Both the position numbers and the translations under genes were made by a program. Of a stretch of DNA of 34,373 bases, positions 9,721 to 19,355 are shown in pieces (positions within the stretch are counted from its first letter, which is position 1; each line of letters begins with the position of its first letter). The stretch lies in the IMG/VR virus record IMGVR_UViG_2713896907_000006, positions 1-34,373 of that record; one strand, written 5' to 3'. The notes under the pieces were generated by a model. It worked only from the letters and a program-made list of their open reading frames with translations, ran no database searches and had not been told where the DNA came from. The DNA comes from a virus. Lineage: Duplodnaviria > Heunggongvirae > Uroviricota > Caudoviricetes.

Positions 9721-9726
9721 GGAGTC

Positions 9727-10221
9727 ATGGCCATGATGATGATCTACGGCATGTTTGTTTTTGAGCTGCGCACATTGCCGCATCAGCAGTTACAGCAAAA
9801 CAAAAGCTGGCGGCATGTGAAAAATGAACGCGTTAACCGTTCAGCAAGCTGGCAGTATATCGGTGCAGGTGATGATCGCATCGTTCTTTCTGGTGTGCTT
9901 TATCCTGAAATTACAGGTGGCGAAGTGTCGCTGTCGCTGCTGACCACGCAGGCGTATACAGGACGCCCCTGGCCTCTTATTGATGGCGTCGGGCAGATTT
10001 ACGGCATGTATGTCCTGACCGAAGCGAATACGACCCGTTCCGAGTTTGATCGCTACGGTAAAGCGAAAAAGATAGAATTTTCACTGACCCTTGAACGCTG
10101 TGATGAGGATTTGCGGGAGCGCCTGCAATCCTCATCGTTCAGCGATATGCTGTCCGGCTTCAAAGATAAGGTGACATCATCTCTTAACAGCGCGGGCAGT
10201 TCAGTTAAAGGGTTGTTCTGA
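9727..10221 (+). CDS. U: Tail protein gpU
   Basis: 164-aa product (MAMMMIYGMFVFELRTLPHQQ...) directly after the tape measure gene; matches P2 gpU in size and position. Confidence 0.85.
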   Translation: MAMMMIYGMFVFELRTLPHQQLQQNKSWRHVKNERVNRSASWQYIGAGDDRIVLSGVLYPEITGGEVSLSLLTTQAYTGRPWPLIDGVGQIYGMYVLTEANTTRSEFDRYGKAKKIEFSLTLERCDEDLRERLQSSSFSDMLSGFKDKVTSSLNSAGSSVKGLF

Positions 10222-10230
10222 TTTAACACA

Positions 10231-10265
10231 AAAACCGCTAATGGTCAGATTAGCGGTTTTTTCTT
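10231..10265 (+). terminator. Rho-independent terminator after gpU
   Basis: 9-bp stem ACCGCTAAT / ATTAGCGGT with a 6-nt loop, followed by TTTTTTCTTTTG, about 10 nt after the U stop codon. Confidence 0.75.
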
Positions 10266-10515
10266 TTGTTGAATCTTCTCGCTTGTCTGAAGTGGCTCGT
10301 ATTGTGTCCTGACGAGAAAGAGCCGATAAACTAACATCATAACAATCGCGATCTGCTTTCGCATTCTGTCGTCAGGAACCCAAAATTTGTTTTCGTAAAT
10401 CTGCATTATCTATTCTGGTTGTTTCACATAATAACTTGTATACTCCAATATTATCCATAACCACTAAGACTATTTTAAGTAAATTCAGGTTGAAGGATTC
10501 TAAGGAATAATTTCT

Positions 10516-11235
10516 ATGTTAATAGTTTCTGTACTACGTTGCGGTAAGGATTTTACGCCAAAGCATGCACAATGGCTTCATAAACAATTTGGCTCAATGC
10601 CATCAGTCTGCTTAACGGATGCTGGATATATTGATGGAGTGGACACTGCGCCATTGTTATTTGATTGGCCTGGTTGGTGGTCAAAAATGGAATTGTTCAA
10701 CCCCAATCATCCAGTAATTGGAAATCATGATATTTTATATTTTGATATTGATGTTGTTATTACAGGAAAATTAGATGCTTTTGCAAAGGCTAAAAACTTC
10801 ACCATGCTTAGGGAGTTTAATCATCATGGGCGAGTTAATTCATCAATTATGATGATCCCAGTATCTGCAAAGCAAAAAATATGGGATGCCTTTACTGCCA
10901 ATCCTGAGGAGATAATGCAAGAGTGTCGAACTGAAGATAAATGGGGAGATCAAGGGTTTATTGGTAGCATAACAAAACCTGATTTGTGGCAGGATATTAT
11001 TCCTGGTGCAATTAAAAGTTATAAGTGCGATATAGCAACAAAATCAATGATTGGATATAACCCAGATCTCGCATCAAAATCAGCAACAGGAAAAATACCT
11101 AATGGTGTTTCGGTTGTATGCTTTCATGGTAGTCCGCGCCCTTGGCGTACTGGTTTTAAATGGGTTCCATCTTTATCGTTAAAAGACTCTCTCTATGGCA
11201 AAGTAAAAAATCTAAAATTAAAGATTAAGCGTTAA
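10516..11235 (+). CDS. Hypothetical protein, AT-rich moron at the P2 Z/fun-equivalent locus
   Basis: 239-aa ORF in a markedly AT-rich segment between the tail operon terminator and gene G. No family recognised with confidence; contains a hydrophobic strand followed by FDIDVV, a DxD-like arrangement that could indicate a GT-A-type nucleotide-sugar transferase. Confidence 0.7.
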   Translation: MLIVSVLRCGKDFTPKHAQWLHKQFGSMPSVCLTDAGYIDGVDTAPLLFDWPGWWSKMELFNPNHPVIGNHDILYFDIDVVITGKLDAFAKAKNFTMLREFNHHGRVNSSIMMIPVSAKQKIWDAFTANPEEIMQECRTEDKWGDQGFIGSITKPDLWQDIIPGAIKSYKCDIATKSMIGYNPDLASKSATGKIPNGVSVVCFHGSPRPWRTGFKWVPSLSLKDSLYGKVKNLKLKIKR

Positions 11236-11261
11236 TATAAGGGAGGACATCCTCCCTTATA
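11236..11261. terminator. Perfect 11-bp stem hairpin filling the gap between the convergent moron and gene G
   Basis: TATAAGGGAGG-ACAT-CCTCCCTTATA spans exactly the 26 bp between the two stop codons; probable bidirectional terminator. Confidence 0.65.
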
Positions 11262-11828
11262 TCATGGTTGAATAGGCCAAACAGGATCAAAAATATCAAC
11301 ACGATTTAACTGTATTCGATAATTCTTCCAGGCGTTCAGTAACAATGCTTCTTCTTTCGTTGCAATCTCCAGATCTACAGCATCCAGAAGTGGCGCAATA
11401 TGTTCATTAGCCAATTGCATCAGTCTGTTTTTTGTTTCTGCCGCTTCCCGTATCCGAAACAGTTTTTCTGCTTCTGCATCTTTCACCCAGGCTGTGCCGT
11501 TCCACTTCTGAAACTCCCCTTCCGGGGATAACCAGGTGACATGTTCCGGTAGCGGTCCGAGTTCAGAAATAAATAACGCATCCCCTGATGCCACGTCATA
11601 AACCGTTTTACCCCGATGGTCTTCAACGAGATGCCACGATACATCCTCACTGTTGAAAACAGCCACAAAGCCAGCCGGAATATCTGGCGGTGCAATATCG
11701 GTACTGTTTGCAGGCAGACCTGTATGAGGTGGGATGTATGCATCACCTTCACCAATAAATTCATTAGTTCCGGCCAGCAGATTATAAATTTTTATGGTCC
11801 GTGCTTGTTCACTCATTCTGAATGCCAT
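11262..11828 (-). CDS. G: Tail fibre assembly chaperone gpG
   Basis: 188 aa; C-terminal segment [26 protein letters not shown] resembles the P2 gpG C-terminus; located directly downstream of H. Confidence 0.8.
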   Translation of the reverse strand: MAFRMSEQARTIKIYNLLAGTNEFIGEGDAYIPPHTGLPANSTDIAPPDIPAGFVAVFNSEDVSWHLVEDHRGKTVYDVASGDALFISELGPLPEHVTWLSPEGEFQKWNGTAWVKDAEAEKLFRIREAAETKNRLMQLANEHIAPLLDAVDLEIATKEEALLLNAWKNYRIQLNRVDIFDPVWPIQP

Positions 11829-13660
11829 TATGCAAGCCTCACAATATAATTAAATGCGATATTTTTGACGGTGTTTTCCGCGTTACCAGCGGCGTTAACG
11901 GTGATGGTGTGTCCATGCGCACCTAATGCCACAGTGTGCGCATGGGCACCAATACCAACTGTGTGGTTATGTTGACCAATATCGACGGTATGAGAATGCG
12001 CACCAGCACTGTCCGTTTGTGCCAGCGTCTGATAGTTCACTTTTGAACTATAGGTCCCCCCTAAATTCTGAAGATTAGTGCGAGCTAAAACTCCGCCATG
12101 AGTGTGTGCTCCTGTATTGTTTGTCGTTTTTGTGCCGTGATTAAACGTGCTGACCGTTTTTGTCCCGTAATCAAATGAGCTGGTCGTTTTAGTACCGAGG
12201 TCGGTATTTGACGCACTGGCACTGTGGGTGTGAGATTTGATGCCGTCCTGCTCCTGTGACAATACGGCGCGACCACTGGCGGGCTTGCCCTTAATCGTCC
12301 AGCCACGCATATCAGGGATCACGCCTGACGGATAAGCGGCTGCAAGCAGGGGATAGGCTGCTTTATCAAAAGATTGCCCCTGCATAATGGCATAGCCTGT
12401 AGGTACTGAATCAGAAGGCCACGGAATCGCCGCACCTACCGGGAATGAATCCTGCGGTGTCCAAGGTGTCCAGCCACCCGTTGAGTACTGGCTGCGGGTA
12501 TAGCTTCTGGATGTGTTATACACATAGTAAATTTGTGTTATCCCGGCATTTTTAAGCACAACCAGTGTGCCTGCAAGGTTCTCCGGGTATTTCAACACTG
12601 CGCTTGTATTGGCATTCGCTGGCTGATGGTACAGCCCCGGCGTTTTGTAATTATCCAGATTCTGGTTTGCACCAATCTCAATACTCTGACCGTTAAAAAT
12701 ATCCTGCGATGTAACATTGACATCATTGTTCAGTGGCTTGCCATTAACCTTACGTTCTGAGGGCACACGCCCGTTTGCATTGTCATTAGCAGCTTTCACT
12801 GCTTTCGGCGTCGCGGCAAGCGTTTCAGAGTCACTGTTAGTGGCGCTGCTTAACTGGACAAGACCTTTTCGCGCTGTGGTGGCGTCCTGTGCGGTGTATT
12901 TGCCATTAGCAAGGTCATAGGCGGCCTTTACCGCCTTTGGCGTTGCCGCAAGCGTTTCAGAATCGCTGTTGGTGGCGCTACTGAGCTGGATAAGGCCTTT
13001 TCGCGCGGTGGTGGCATCCTGTGCAGTATATTTCCCGTTAGCAAGGTCATAGGCGGCCTTTACCGCCTTTGGCGTTGCTGCAAGCATTTCAGAATCGCTG
13101 TTGGTGGCGCTACTGAGTTGAACAAAGCCTTTTGCGGTCAGCGAGGCATCCGGGTGACGTCGTGACTGTTCATGCTCTTTTAGTTTGTCATCCACGTAAT
13201 CCGCTGTGGCCATCACCATGGTGTTATCCACGGTAAGCGCCACGGTGGCCGTGCTGGATACAGTCAGGATGGTGCGAAATGTTTGCGCTCGCCCGGACCC
13301 TTCGGCAACGGTTGGCTTGTAACTTTCGGCAGTATTGCCCACCGCGATTAAATCGCCGTGCTCATCAAACACACCAATTTCCCGGATCCAGAATCCGCCC
13401 GTTTCAGGAGGAATAACCAGCTCTGCAATAATGCGGTTCTGATGTGTTGCGTCCAGGAAGACGCGATTAACAGTATGTCGCCACACCTCATGCACCAGAC
13501 TGGTCTGCTTACTGTCTGGTGTGGGCAATGTACCGCCACCGTCGCCCACGGCCATATGAGTCAGGCGGACAGGCTTACCATCTGGCGCGGCTGCCTGAGC
13601 TAATTTTTTGGCACCAGTATCAGTGATAATGGTTTTAAATTTTCGTGTTGTGGTACTCAT
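11828..13660 (-). CDS. H: Tail fibre protein gpH
   Basis: N-terminus [26 protein letters not shown]... closely parallels P2 gpH. Contains three tandem copies of an approximately 41-aa unit and a His-rich C-terminal region. Confidence 0.9.
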   Translation of the reverse strand: MSTTTRKFKTIITDTGAKKLAQAAAPDGKPVRLTHMAVGDGGGTLPTPDSKQTSLVHEVWRHTVNRVFLDATHQNRIIAELVIPPETGGFWIREIGVFDEHGDLIAVGNTAESYKPTVAEGSGRAQTFRTILTVSSTATVALTVDNTMVMATADYVDDKLKEHEQSRRHPDASLTAKGFVQLSSATNSDSEMLAATPKAVKAAYDLANGKYTAQDATTARKGLIQLSSATNSDSETLAATPKAVKAAYDLANGKYTAQDATTARKGLVQLSSATNSDSETLAATPKAVKAANDNANGRVPSERKVNGKPLNNDVNVTSQDIFNGQSIEIGANQNLDNYKTPGLYHQPANANTSAVLKYPENLAGTLVVLKNAGITQIYYVYNTSRSYTRSQYSTGGWTPWTPQDSFPVGAAIPWPSDSVPTGYAIMQGQSFDKAAYPLLAAAYPSGVIPDMRGWTIKGKPASGRAVLSQEQDGIKSHTHSASASNTDLGTKTTSSFDYGTKTVSTFNHGTKTTNNTGAHTHGGVLARTNLQNLGGTYSSKVNYQTLAQTDSAGAHSHTVDIGQHNHTVGIGAHAHTVALGAHGHTITVNAAGNAENTVKNIAFNYIVRLA

Positions 13661-13662
13661 GC

Positions 13663-14226
13663 TTAATCGTCCGGATAAATGGTAATGACTTCACCGTCGT
13701 AAGTTGCTGCCGCCGCGAAAATATCTCCCGGGATCTCCTGAATGATATTCAGCCCTGTCATGTGGCGGCTGACCGGGCGGGCATCAGCAATCAACCGCTC
13801 CATTTCCAGATACATTTCCTCCGTCACGCCACTGTCCAGCGTGCCGACTTCAACGGTAAATGTTCCCGGTTCTCCGCCGAACTCCCACCACTCAGACACA
13901 CGAATGAGGTACCCCAGCGGCTCAATGGCCCGGCGCAGTGCGCTGATGGTCCCTTTGTGTCGGTGTATCAGCCATGCATCACGAATCACCTGTCGCTTTG
14001 TCTCTTCCGGCCAGTTGCGATCCCAGCGGTCAACGGAAAACGCCCAGGCGAGATAAGGCAGCAGATGCACCGGGCATGTGTCCGGCGACCACAGCATGTT
14101 GAGGTCTACCGGAATGTCTGTAATGCGTGTTCCGACGGCTTCGGCACAACGCATGAAATTGCTGGCTGATGGTGGTAACAGTGAATTACTCATTGCGCCC
14201 TCCTTCGCTGATGGTGAATGACTCAC
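13663..14226 (-). CDS. I: Baseplate protein gpI
   Basis: 187-aa ORF between J and H in conserved P2 order. Confidence 0.8.
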   Translation of the reverse strand: MSHSPSAKEGAMSNSLLPPSASNFMRCAEAVGTRITDIPVDLNMLWSPDTCPVHLLPYLAWAFSVDRWDRNWPEETKRQVIRDAWLIHRHKGTISALRRAIEPLGYLIRVSEWWEFGGEPGTFTVEVGTLDSGVTEEMYLEMERLIADARPVSRHMTGLNIIQEIPGDIFAAAATYDGEVITIYPDD

Positions 14227-15082
14227 AGCGCGCCGCCTGTATGTCGCTGATGGCCATATTCTGTGTGGGTTCGATTATCTCCACGCGTTGCACTCCGTGC
14301 ACATGCAGTGCGGCAGCAATGGCGGACAACGCCACGTCCTGACCGATAAGCCCCTGTTCAGCCAGCCACTTCCTGAATGACGATTCCGCCGCGGCCAGAA
14401 TAGGTTCGGATTCCGGGCCGGGGTAAAAGTACAGTTTTGCATTCAGCCGCCATGTCACGATTCTGGCGCTCTGTACGGTCAGGCGGTCGGCCACCGGGCG
14501 GGTATCCTCTGCATTCAGAACGGCGCGAACGGTATTAAGCAACGCCTCCGTTGCTGTGCCGTCGCCCTCAGTGGACAGGATGGAAACCGTCACACAGGCC
14601 GGAGACGGGCTGATGGCTCGCGCATCGCGCACCAGACCGCTGGCGCTGCGGGCAAAATACTCGTATGCGCCTGACGGGCCTGCAACACTCAGGCCGTCAT
14701 ATGCCCGCTGCGCCCGCAGCCTCAGCGAGGTGTCGCTCTCCATCACCGCGTCGGTGGTATCTGTTGCCGGAGTGATAATCAGGCGCTTTGTGTTCATATT
14801 GCCCGCGAGGTTGTCCAGGTTTGTCCCTGAACCGTGGCTTAACATGCAGGCGCGTGCGCCCTCGTTAACCCGCTGGCGTAACAGCATTTCACGAAACGAC
14901 ATGGTTTGAGCGATAACGTTCAGGGGTTCTGATTCCAGCTCCAGCGCGGCGGAGACGGCTTCACGCTGTTCGGCAGGATAGGACGCAATCATCATGGCCT
15001 TTGTGTCAGCCAGAATTGCCTCAAAGTCAGGCTCCGCGATGATGGCGGGTTCCGGTAACTGGGAAAGGTCAACAGCAGGCAT
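14186..15082 (-). CDS. J: Baseplate protein gpJ
   Basis: 298-aa ORF; size and position match P2 gpJ. Confidence 0.85.
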   Translation of the reverse strand: MPAVDLSQLPEPAIIAEPDFEAILADTKAMMIASYPAEQREAVSAALELESEPLNVIAQTMSFREMLLRQRVNEGARACMLSHGSGTNLDNLAGNMNTKRLIITPATDTTDAVMESDTSLRLRAQRAYDGLSVAGPSGAYEYFARSASGLVRDARAISPSPACVTVSILSTEGDGTATEALLNTVRAVLNAEDTRPVADRLTVQSARIVTWRLNAKLYFYPGPESEPILAAAESSFRKWLAEQGLIGQDVALSAIAAALHVHGVQRVEIIEPTQNMAISDIQAARCESFTISEGGRNE

Positions 15083-15085
15083 GAT

Positions 15086-15436
15086 TTACTCTCTCAGCGT
15101 GATGGTTAATTCAACATTCTGCATGGTCTGCATGACAGTGCCCGACAGCGTCACCCCGGCGCGGCCTCCCGCTTTCCAGACAACGTCGATGGCGTCCAGG
15201 GCAATGCGGGGTTCCCATCGTGTCAGCGCAATCACGGCAGCACTCATGCATTGCAGACGCGTGGTGTTATTCATGGGTTCGTCAATCAAATCAGGCACAA
15301 GGCTGCCATATTCCCGTCGCATAACCCGGCTGGCCAGCGGGGTGGTCAGGATGTCCCTGACTGACTGTTTCAGGTGCTCCATATCATTCAGGTTTCCCGT
15401 TCCGTCCGGGTTCATTCCTGTGTAGCGGGTTGTCAC
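15086..15436 (-). CDS. W: Baseplate protein gpW (gp25-like)
   Basis: 116 aa; MTTRYTGMNPDG...VMRREYGSL...WEPR parallels P2 gpW. Confidence 0.85.
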   Translation of the reverse strand: MTTRYTGMNPDGTGNLNDMEHLKQSVRDILTTPLASRVMRREYGSLVPDLIDEPMNNTTRLQCMSAAVIALTRWEPRIALDAIDVVWKAGGRAGVTLSGTVMQTMQNVELTITLRE

Positions 15437-16014
15437 TGCGGGCCTCCTGTCGAATCGCTGCCACCTTTAACGCCACCGTGTTTATGCGTATGCACTGTGA
15501 TGCCGTTTGAGGTGAAATCGCCGCCGCTGTGCGTGATATTGCCGCTCATCTTTCCCCCTTTTGTGACGTCAATCTCGGCTGTTTTCAGAAGGTTTGTGCA
15601 CTCCACAACAGGCGTGTCCAGTGTCACGCTGACGGATGCCTGCAGACTGGCCGTTTTCATGCCGCCGGCGCTCAGTGCGCTTTTGTCAGCGTCATAACGA
15701 ATCACTGCACCGTCCGGGGCTGTGATGACGATTTCTTTCAGGCTTTTGCCGGGGGCCGGACTGGCATCACTCCACAGGCTGCCGATTATCATGGCGGTTT
15801 CCGGATTGCCGCCGATGCAGGCAATTGCCACCTGTTCGCCGGGTGATGGCGGCAACCACACATTGAAGGCACCCGCGCGCGTGGTGTTCCAGCGCAGCCA
15901 GCCTGTTTCCAGTTCGCCGCTGCGAACGCGCACGCACCAGGATTCCTCATCAACTTCAGAGATGATCCCGGTGCGGATGATATTGCTCAGCAGTCGCATG
16001 AGTTCTGCGCTCAC
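15433..16014 (-). CDS. V: Baseplate spike protein gpV
   Basis: 193 aa with a Gly-rich C-terminus and an HTHKH histidine cluster as in P2-type spike tips. Confidence 0.85.
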   Translation of the reverse strand: MSAELMRLLSNIIRTGIISEVDEESWCVRVRSGELETGWLRWNTTRAGAFNVWLPPSPGEQVAIACIGGNPETAMIIGSLWSDASPAPGKSLKEIVITAPDGAVIRYDADKSALSAGGMKTASLQASVSVTLDTPVVECTNLLKTAEIDVTKGGKMSGNITHSGGDFTSNGITVHTHKHGGVKGGSDSTGGPQ

Positions 16015-16646
16015 CGTACAGCCTCCGCAATCCGGCCCAGCACAGAGTTATAAATCAGGCGTTCATCTGCCGGGCTGATGCCCAACAGCTCACGTACCGG
16101 GTAATCGGTGAAAATGCCCGGCGCAACCTGATCGCGCTCACCGAACTGATGAACGCGTGCAATACGTGCGGCCACGCCGCTGTAACCCACCGTCACACCG
16201 GAAGCATCTGCACGGGCTTTCAGGTAGCGGGCGGTGCGCAGTTTTACGAACATGGGGACGCGCTTTGTGCTGTCCTGGTTGATGCGCCGGGTGCGTATTT
16301 CCAGAAAACGGTCGATGTCATCCCGGTAAAACGTGCGGATATTGTTTTTATCCTCATCCCACCCGGTAATGGTTCGCCCGTATTTCCCCGTGTCGTGATG
16401 CCAGTTTTTCAGCGTGCGTGCTTCGTTATTCCAGATAAAGCGAATGCGCTCCTGTATCCGGGTAACGCGGCGTCTGCGTGGTGTCCATGCGGTCCCGTCC
16501 GGCGCTTTCTGTGACCGGATGCGCGCCTGCTGGGCGCGGCGTAAATCCTGTGCCAGCTTTCTGGCGATGTTATTGATGGCCTGCTGATTCAGGCTGTCGC
16601 GGATGGCCTCAAAGGTTTCATCCGCGCGGGTGAATGCCTTATCCAT
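16011..16646 (-). CDS. S: Tail completion / virion morphogenesis protein gpS
   Basis: 211-aa ORF in the conserved R-S-V order, translationally coupled to neighbours. Confidence 0.75.
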   Translation of the reverse strand: MDKAFTRADETFEAIRDSLNQQAINNIARKLAQDLRRAQQARIRSQKAPDGTAWTPRRRRVTRIQERIRFIWNNEARTLKNWHHDTGKYGRTITGWDEDKNNIRTFYRDDIDRFLEIRTRRINQDSTKRVPMFVKLRTARYLKARADASGVTVGYSGVAARIARVHQFGERDQVAPGIFTDYPVRELLGISPADERLIYNSVLGRIAEAVR

Positions 16647-17106
16647 CGCTTTCGTCCCACGTCACATCCTGGAATACATGTGACCAGTCGCCTTCGGAAG
16701 ATGGCAGGCGGGGTTTTGGCTCCGGCAGGTGTTCTGCCTGTGGTGTGCCCTGACTGCTGCGCGTGACGCGAACGCGCTCCCGCAGGGGCAGTGTAAACAG
16801 GATGTCGGCGCTGTCATCGTCATTAATAACGGCAGAAAATTTGATGTCCTGATTACGCTCAGGGTTGAGCAACAACTGCGGCTGATTCTCCGACAACCAT
16901 GCCAGCAGCGGCAGAGTCAGGTCGTCTAGCTCCCCGGCGTAATCCATGACAAACATCACCATCTGATAGCGGTAAGCAAACGAGGGAGTTTCTCCGGTCG
17001 TTTCAATGTTGCCGCTCTCCACGAAAATGGTGAATTTCTCCGGGTTGGCGTGACACCATCGACATGAACGGGTCATGGCTTCACGCAGGGAATCAGTTTT
17101 CAGCAT
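16639..17106 (-). CDS. R: Tail completion protein gpR
   Basis: 155 aa, the same length as P2 gpR, immediately downstream of the lysis genes. Confidence 0.8.
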   Translation of the reverse strand: MLKTDSLREAMTRSCRWCHANPEKFTIFVESGNIETTGETPSFAYRYQMVMFVMDYAGELDDLTLPLLAWLSENQPQLLLNPERNQDIKFSAVINDDDSADILFTLPLRERVRVTRSSQGTPQAEHLPEPKPRLPSSEGDWSHVFQDVTWDESDG

Positions 17107-17383
17107 GGCTGTTGTCCTCGTTGTTCAGTCGTTGCAGTCTGCGCTGCTCCAGTAATTCAATGGCCCGTTTATCCGCGTTACAGGTTTCCAGTGCATCCAG
17201 AAGGCGGTCGCCCCATATACCGAGGTTTCCCCAGGTGGGAGTATCAGGGAAGGGGGGAGGCGTTACCGGTATGGTCAGCGTCTGCGGTATAAGCCGGGCC
17301 GACGGCGCTGGCAGTGGCGCGTTCTGCGTGCCTGCGCAACCTGTCAGTAAAACGAGCGTCAGGCAAAGCGTGGGCGCATTCAT
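17093..17383 (-). CDS. lysC: Outer-membrane spanin (LysC/Rz1-like lipoprotein)
   Basis: Starts inside the i-spanin gene in another frame; MNAPTLCLTLVLLTGCAG has a lipobox (LTGC); Pro-rich mature region. Confidence 0.7.
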   Translation of the reverse strand: MNAPTLCLTLVLLTGCAGTQNAPLPAPSARLIPQTLTIPVTPPPFPDTPTWGNLGIWGDRLLDALETCNADKRAIELLEQRRLQRLNNEDNSHAEN

Positions 17384-17651
17384 CTTTTGCAATATCGTTG
17401 CGTAGCTGTTCACGTCTGGCCTCTCCATCCTGATTGCGTTGCTGATTTTCCACGCGGAGTTGCGCCAGCACCTGCTGCATATCCTGTACCCCGGTGCTGA
17501 TGATATTCAGGGTGTCGACGGTACTTTTCAGGGCGCTGGCCTGCGCTTCGTTTCTGGCGTTCTCCCGGCCCAGCGACCACGACAGACGCATGGATGCTCC
17601 CCATGCGGCAATCAGAAGAAAAGCGACGCCCAGAGAAGTCCATAACCTCAT
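17244..17651 (-). CDS. lysB: Inner-membrane spanin (LysB/Rz-like)
   Basis: N-terminal transmembrane helix (LWTSLGVAFLLIAAWGA), charged coiled-coil-like periplasmic region, start overlapping the endolysin stop. Confidence 0.75.
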   Translation of the reverse strand: MRLWTSLGVAFLLIAAWGASMRLSWSLGRENARNEAQASALKSTVDTLNIISTGVQDMQQVLAQLRVENQQRNQDGEARREQLRNDIAKDECAHALPDARFTDRLRRHAERATASAVGPAYTADADHTGNASPLP

Positions 17652-18193
17652 GCCGCCACGCGTTCCTTTATCCAGCCGTAGACAAACGACTCGTTGGCTT
17701 CGCGTTTTTCCGCCAGTTCCAGATAGCGTTCACCCTGTGTACAGTTCAGTGCTGCTAACATCACCATCTCGCCGTCCCGACCGCGTTTGTCCAGATATGC
17801 ACGCAATGCGTTAATCGTGCGTGGGCCAGTGCGTCCGTCCGTGTCCATATCGGGATACAGTTTCCCGCCCTGATTGAATGCGTTCAGCCAGCGCTGCAGC
17901 ATTCTGGTTGCCACAGACGGCCCCATATTTACTCCGGTGTCACATAGTTCTGCGGCAATATCCGGGGACAGCTTCGCTATCTGATCAAGACGCGGTCCGT
18001 ACCAGTAATCAGCTTCAAGGATTTCCAGTGCCTGTCCGCGCGTTAAATCACGCATATCGCCACGGTATCCGTGCGCCCGTGCCACCTTTTCAGTGATGCC
18101 CCATTTTGTCGGGCCGCCTTTGTCATCCGGGTGATTGACGTAGCCGCCTTCTTTGCCCAGAACGGCATCAAAAATTTCGTCTTTCGATTTCAT
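17648..18193 (-). CDS. Endolysin, GH108-type muramidase with C-terminal peptidoglycan-binding region
   Basis: N-terminus MKSKDEIFDAVLGKEGGYVNHPDDKGGPTKWGIT matches the GH108 EGGY signature. Confidence 0.8.
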   Translation of the reverse strand: MKSKDEIFDAVLGKEGGYVNHPDDKGGPTKWGITEKVARAHGYRGDMRDLTRGQALEILEADYWYGPRLDQIAKLSPDIAAELCDTGVNMGPSVATRMLQRWLNAFNQGGKLYPDMDTDGRTGPRTINALRAYLDKRGRDGEMVMLAALNCTQGERYLELAEKREANESFVYGWIKERVAA

Positions 18194-18233
18194 TTCGTCA
18201 CCCCTGTGAACAATTTTTAGTTAAGTCTGCGGC

Positions 18234-18558
18234 TTATTCATCCTCGCTTTTGGTTCTGCGATTAAAGGCCGCAATAACCTTGTCGCGTGCTTTCTCTGCG
18301 CCCATAAAACCGATTGATGCGCCGATAAACGTCACGGCATCTTCAGGAAAACCGAAGAAGCGCAACGACCCGGCCACGGCCATGGCAAGAACGCCGCACG
18401 CCAGCGATCCCGTTACGGTCTGAACCAGTGTTCGTCCGTCATAAAGACTCATCAGCGCGGAAATGCTGACCGCCGCGCCTACTGCATACACCGTTGGCAG
18501 GTGGTCAAGGAGCCACGCAATAACCTGCTCTGTGATCCCTGTTTGAATGGTGCTCACC
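18234..18558 (-). CDS. Putative holin
   Basis: About 108 aa with two or three hydrophobic helices and a charged C-terminus, between X and the endolysin. Start placed at a GTG just after the gpX stop; an internal ATG is also possible. Confidence 0.55.
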
Positions 18559-18559
18559 G

Positions 18560-18766
18560 CTACTCTCCCCACAACTGAATCATTTCTCGTTTCTTCTTCT
18601 CCGGCTCCGGCATCTCCACTTCCTGCCCGGCGTTCAGAAATACCTGCTGACAGAGTCCGGGGTTGGCATCCATCACCTTTTCGGTGACGCCCTGCGTCGT
18701 GCCGTAGTACCGGAAACAGAGCGAATCCACGGTGTCGCCTGCTAGTGCCTTCACTTTCATCAGCAC
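18560..18766 (-). CDS. X: Tail protein gpX
   Basis: 68-aa product MLMKVKALAGDTVDSLCFRYYG... matches P2 gpX. Confidence 0.85.
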   Translation of the reverse strand: MLMKVKALAGDTVDSLCFRYYGTTQGVTEKVMDANPGLCQQVFLNAGQEVEMPEPEKKKREMIQLWGE

Positions 18767-19263
18767 AGCTCCGCAAACATTCGTGGTCTTCCCAGAATGT
18801 CAGAGATGGCCCAGCTCACATCGCGCCACAGGTCCGCAGCCTGTGCGTCCAGTGCATCTGCCCGGCGCTCGCCCTTATCCGTTGTGTCCGCATCGCGGTA
18901 ACGCTCCAGAATCAGGGCACGGGTGGCGGTGTAAACCGCATTGCGCCAGTGCCAGAGATTGACGCTTTCTCCGTTAATTAATGGCGCCGGGACATCGGCC
19001 AGTGTTTCGTGTCCGGCTGCCTGCTGTTCCTGCTGCCACGCTTCCAGCTCACGGGTAACGTGGGCCACCGCCCCGGTGGCGGTATGCAGCAGGCGGGAGG
19101 TGGTCACGCGGCCCGGCAGTCGTACCGCCAGACGCAGCTCACGCAGCACAATATCCGGCCAGAATGCCCCCGCAGAAATACGGGTATCGCCATCATCGGT
19201 ATCAGTGATGTCATCCTCTGCGGGGCGGGTTTCGGTTCTGGCAACCATACTCATGGGGTTCAC
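18760..19263 (-). CDS. L: Head completion protein gpL
   Basis: 167 aa, close to the P2 gpL length, directly downstream of M. Confidence 0.85.
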   Translation of the reverse strand: MNPMSMVARTETRPAEDDITDTDDGDTRISAGAFWPDIVLRELRLAVRLPGRVTTSRLLHTATGAVAHVTRELEAWQQEQQAAGHETLADVPAPLINGESVNLWHWRNAVYTATRALILERYRDADTTDKGERRADALDAQAADLWRDVSWAISDILGRPRMFAELC

Positions 19264-19355
19264 TCCTGAAAAAATCGGGCGGTGGGTGCGTGGTGTAAAC
19301 GGTCACGGAGTCAAACCGGAACACCGCGCACGCCGCCCGCTGACGGGGTCAGTCG

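Noticed and set aside
10307-10377. 9-bp inverted repeat TCCTGACGA / TCGTCAGGA flanking about 53 bp upstream of the moron, considered as a miniature mobile-element end or insertion scar
   Set aside because: Too short to distinguish from chance without comparative data; no target-site duplication seen.
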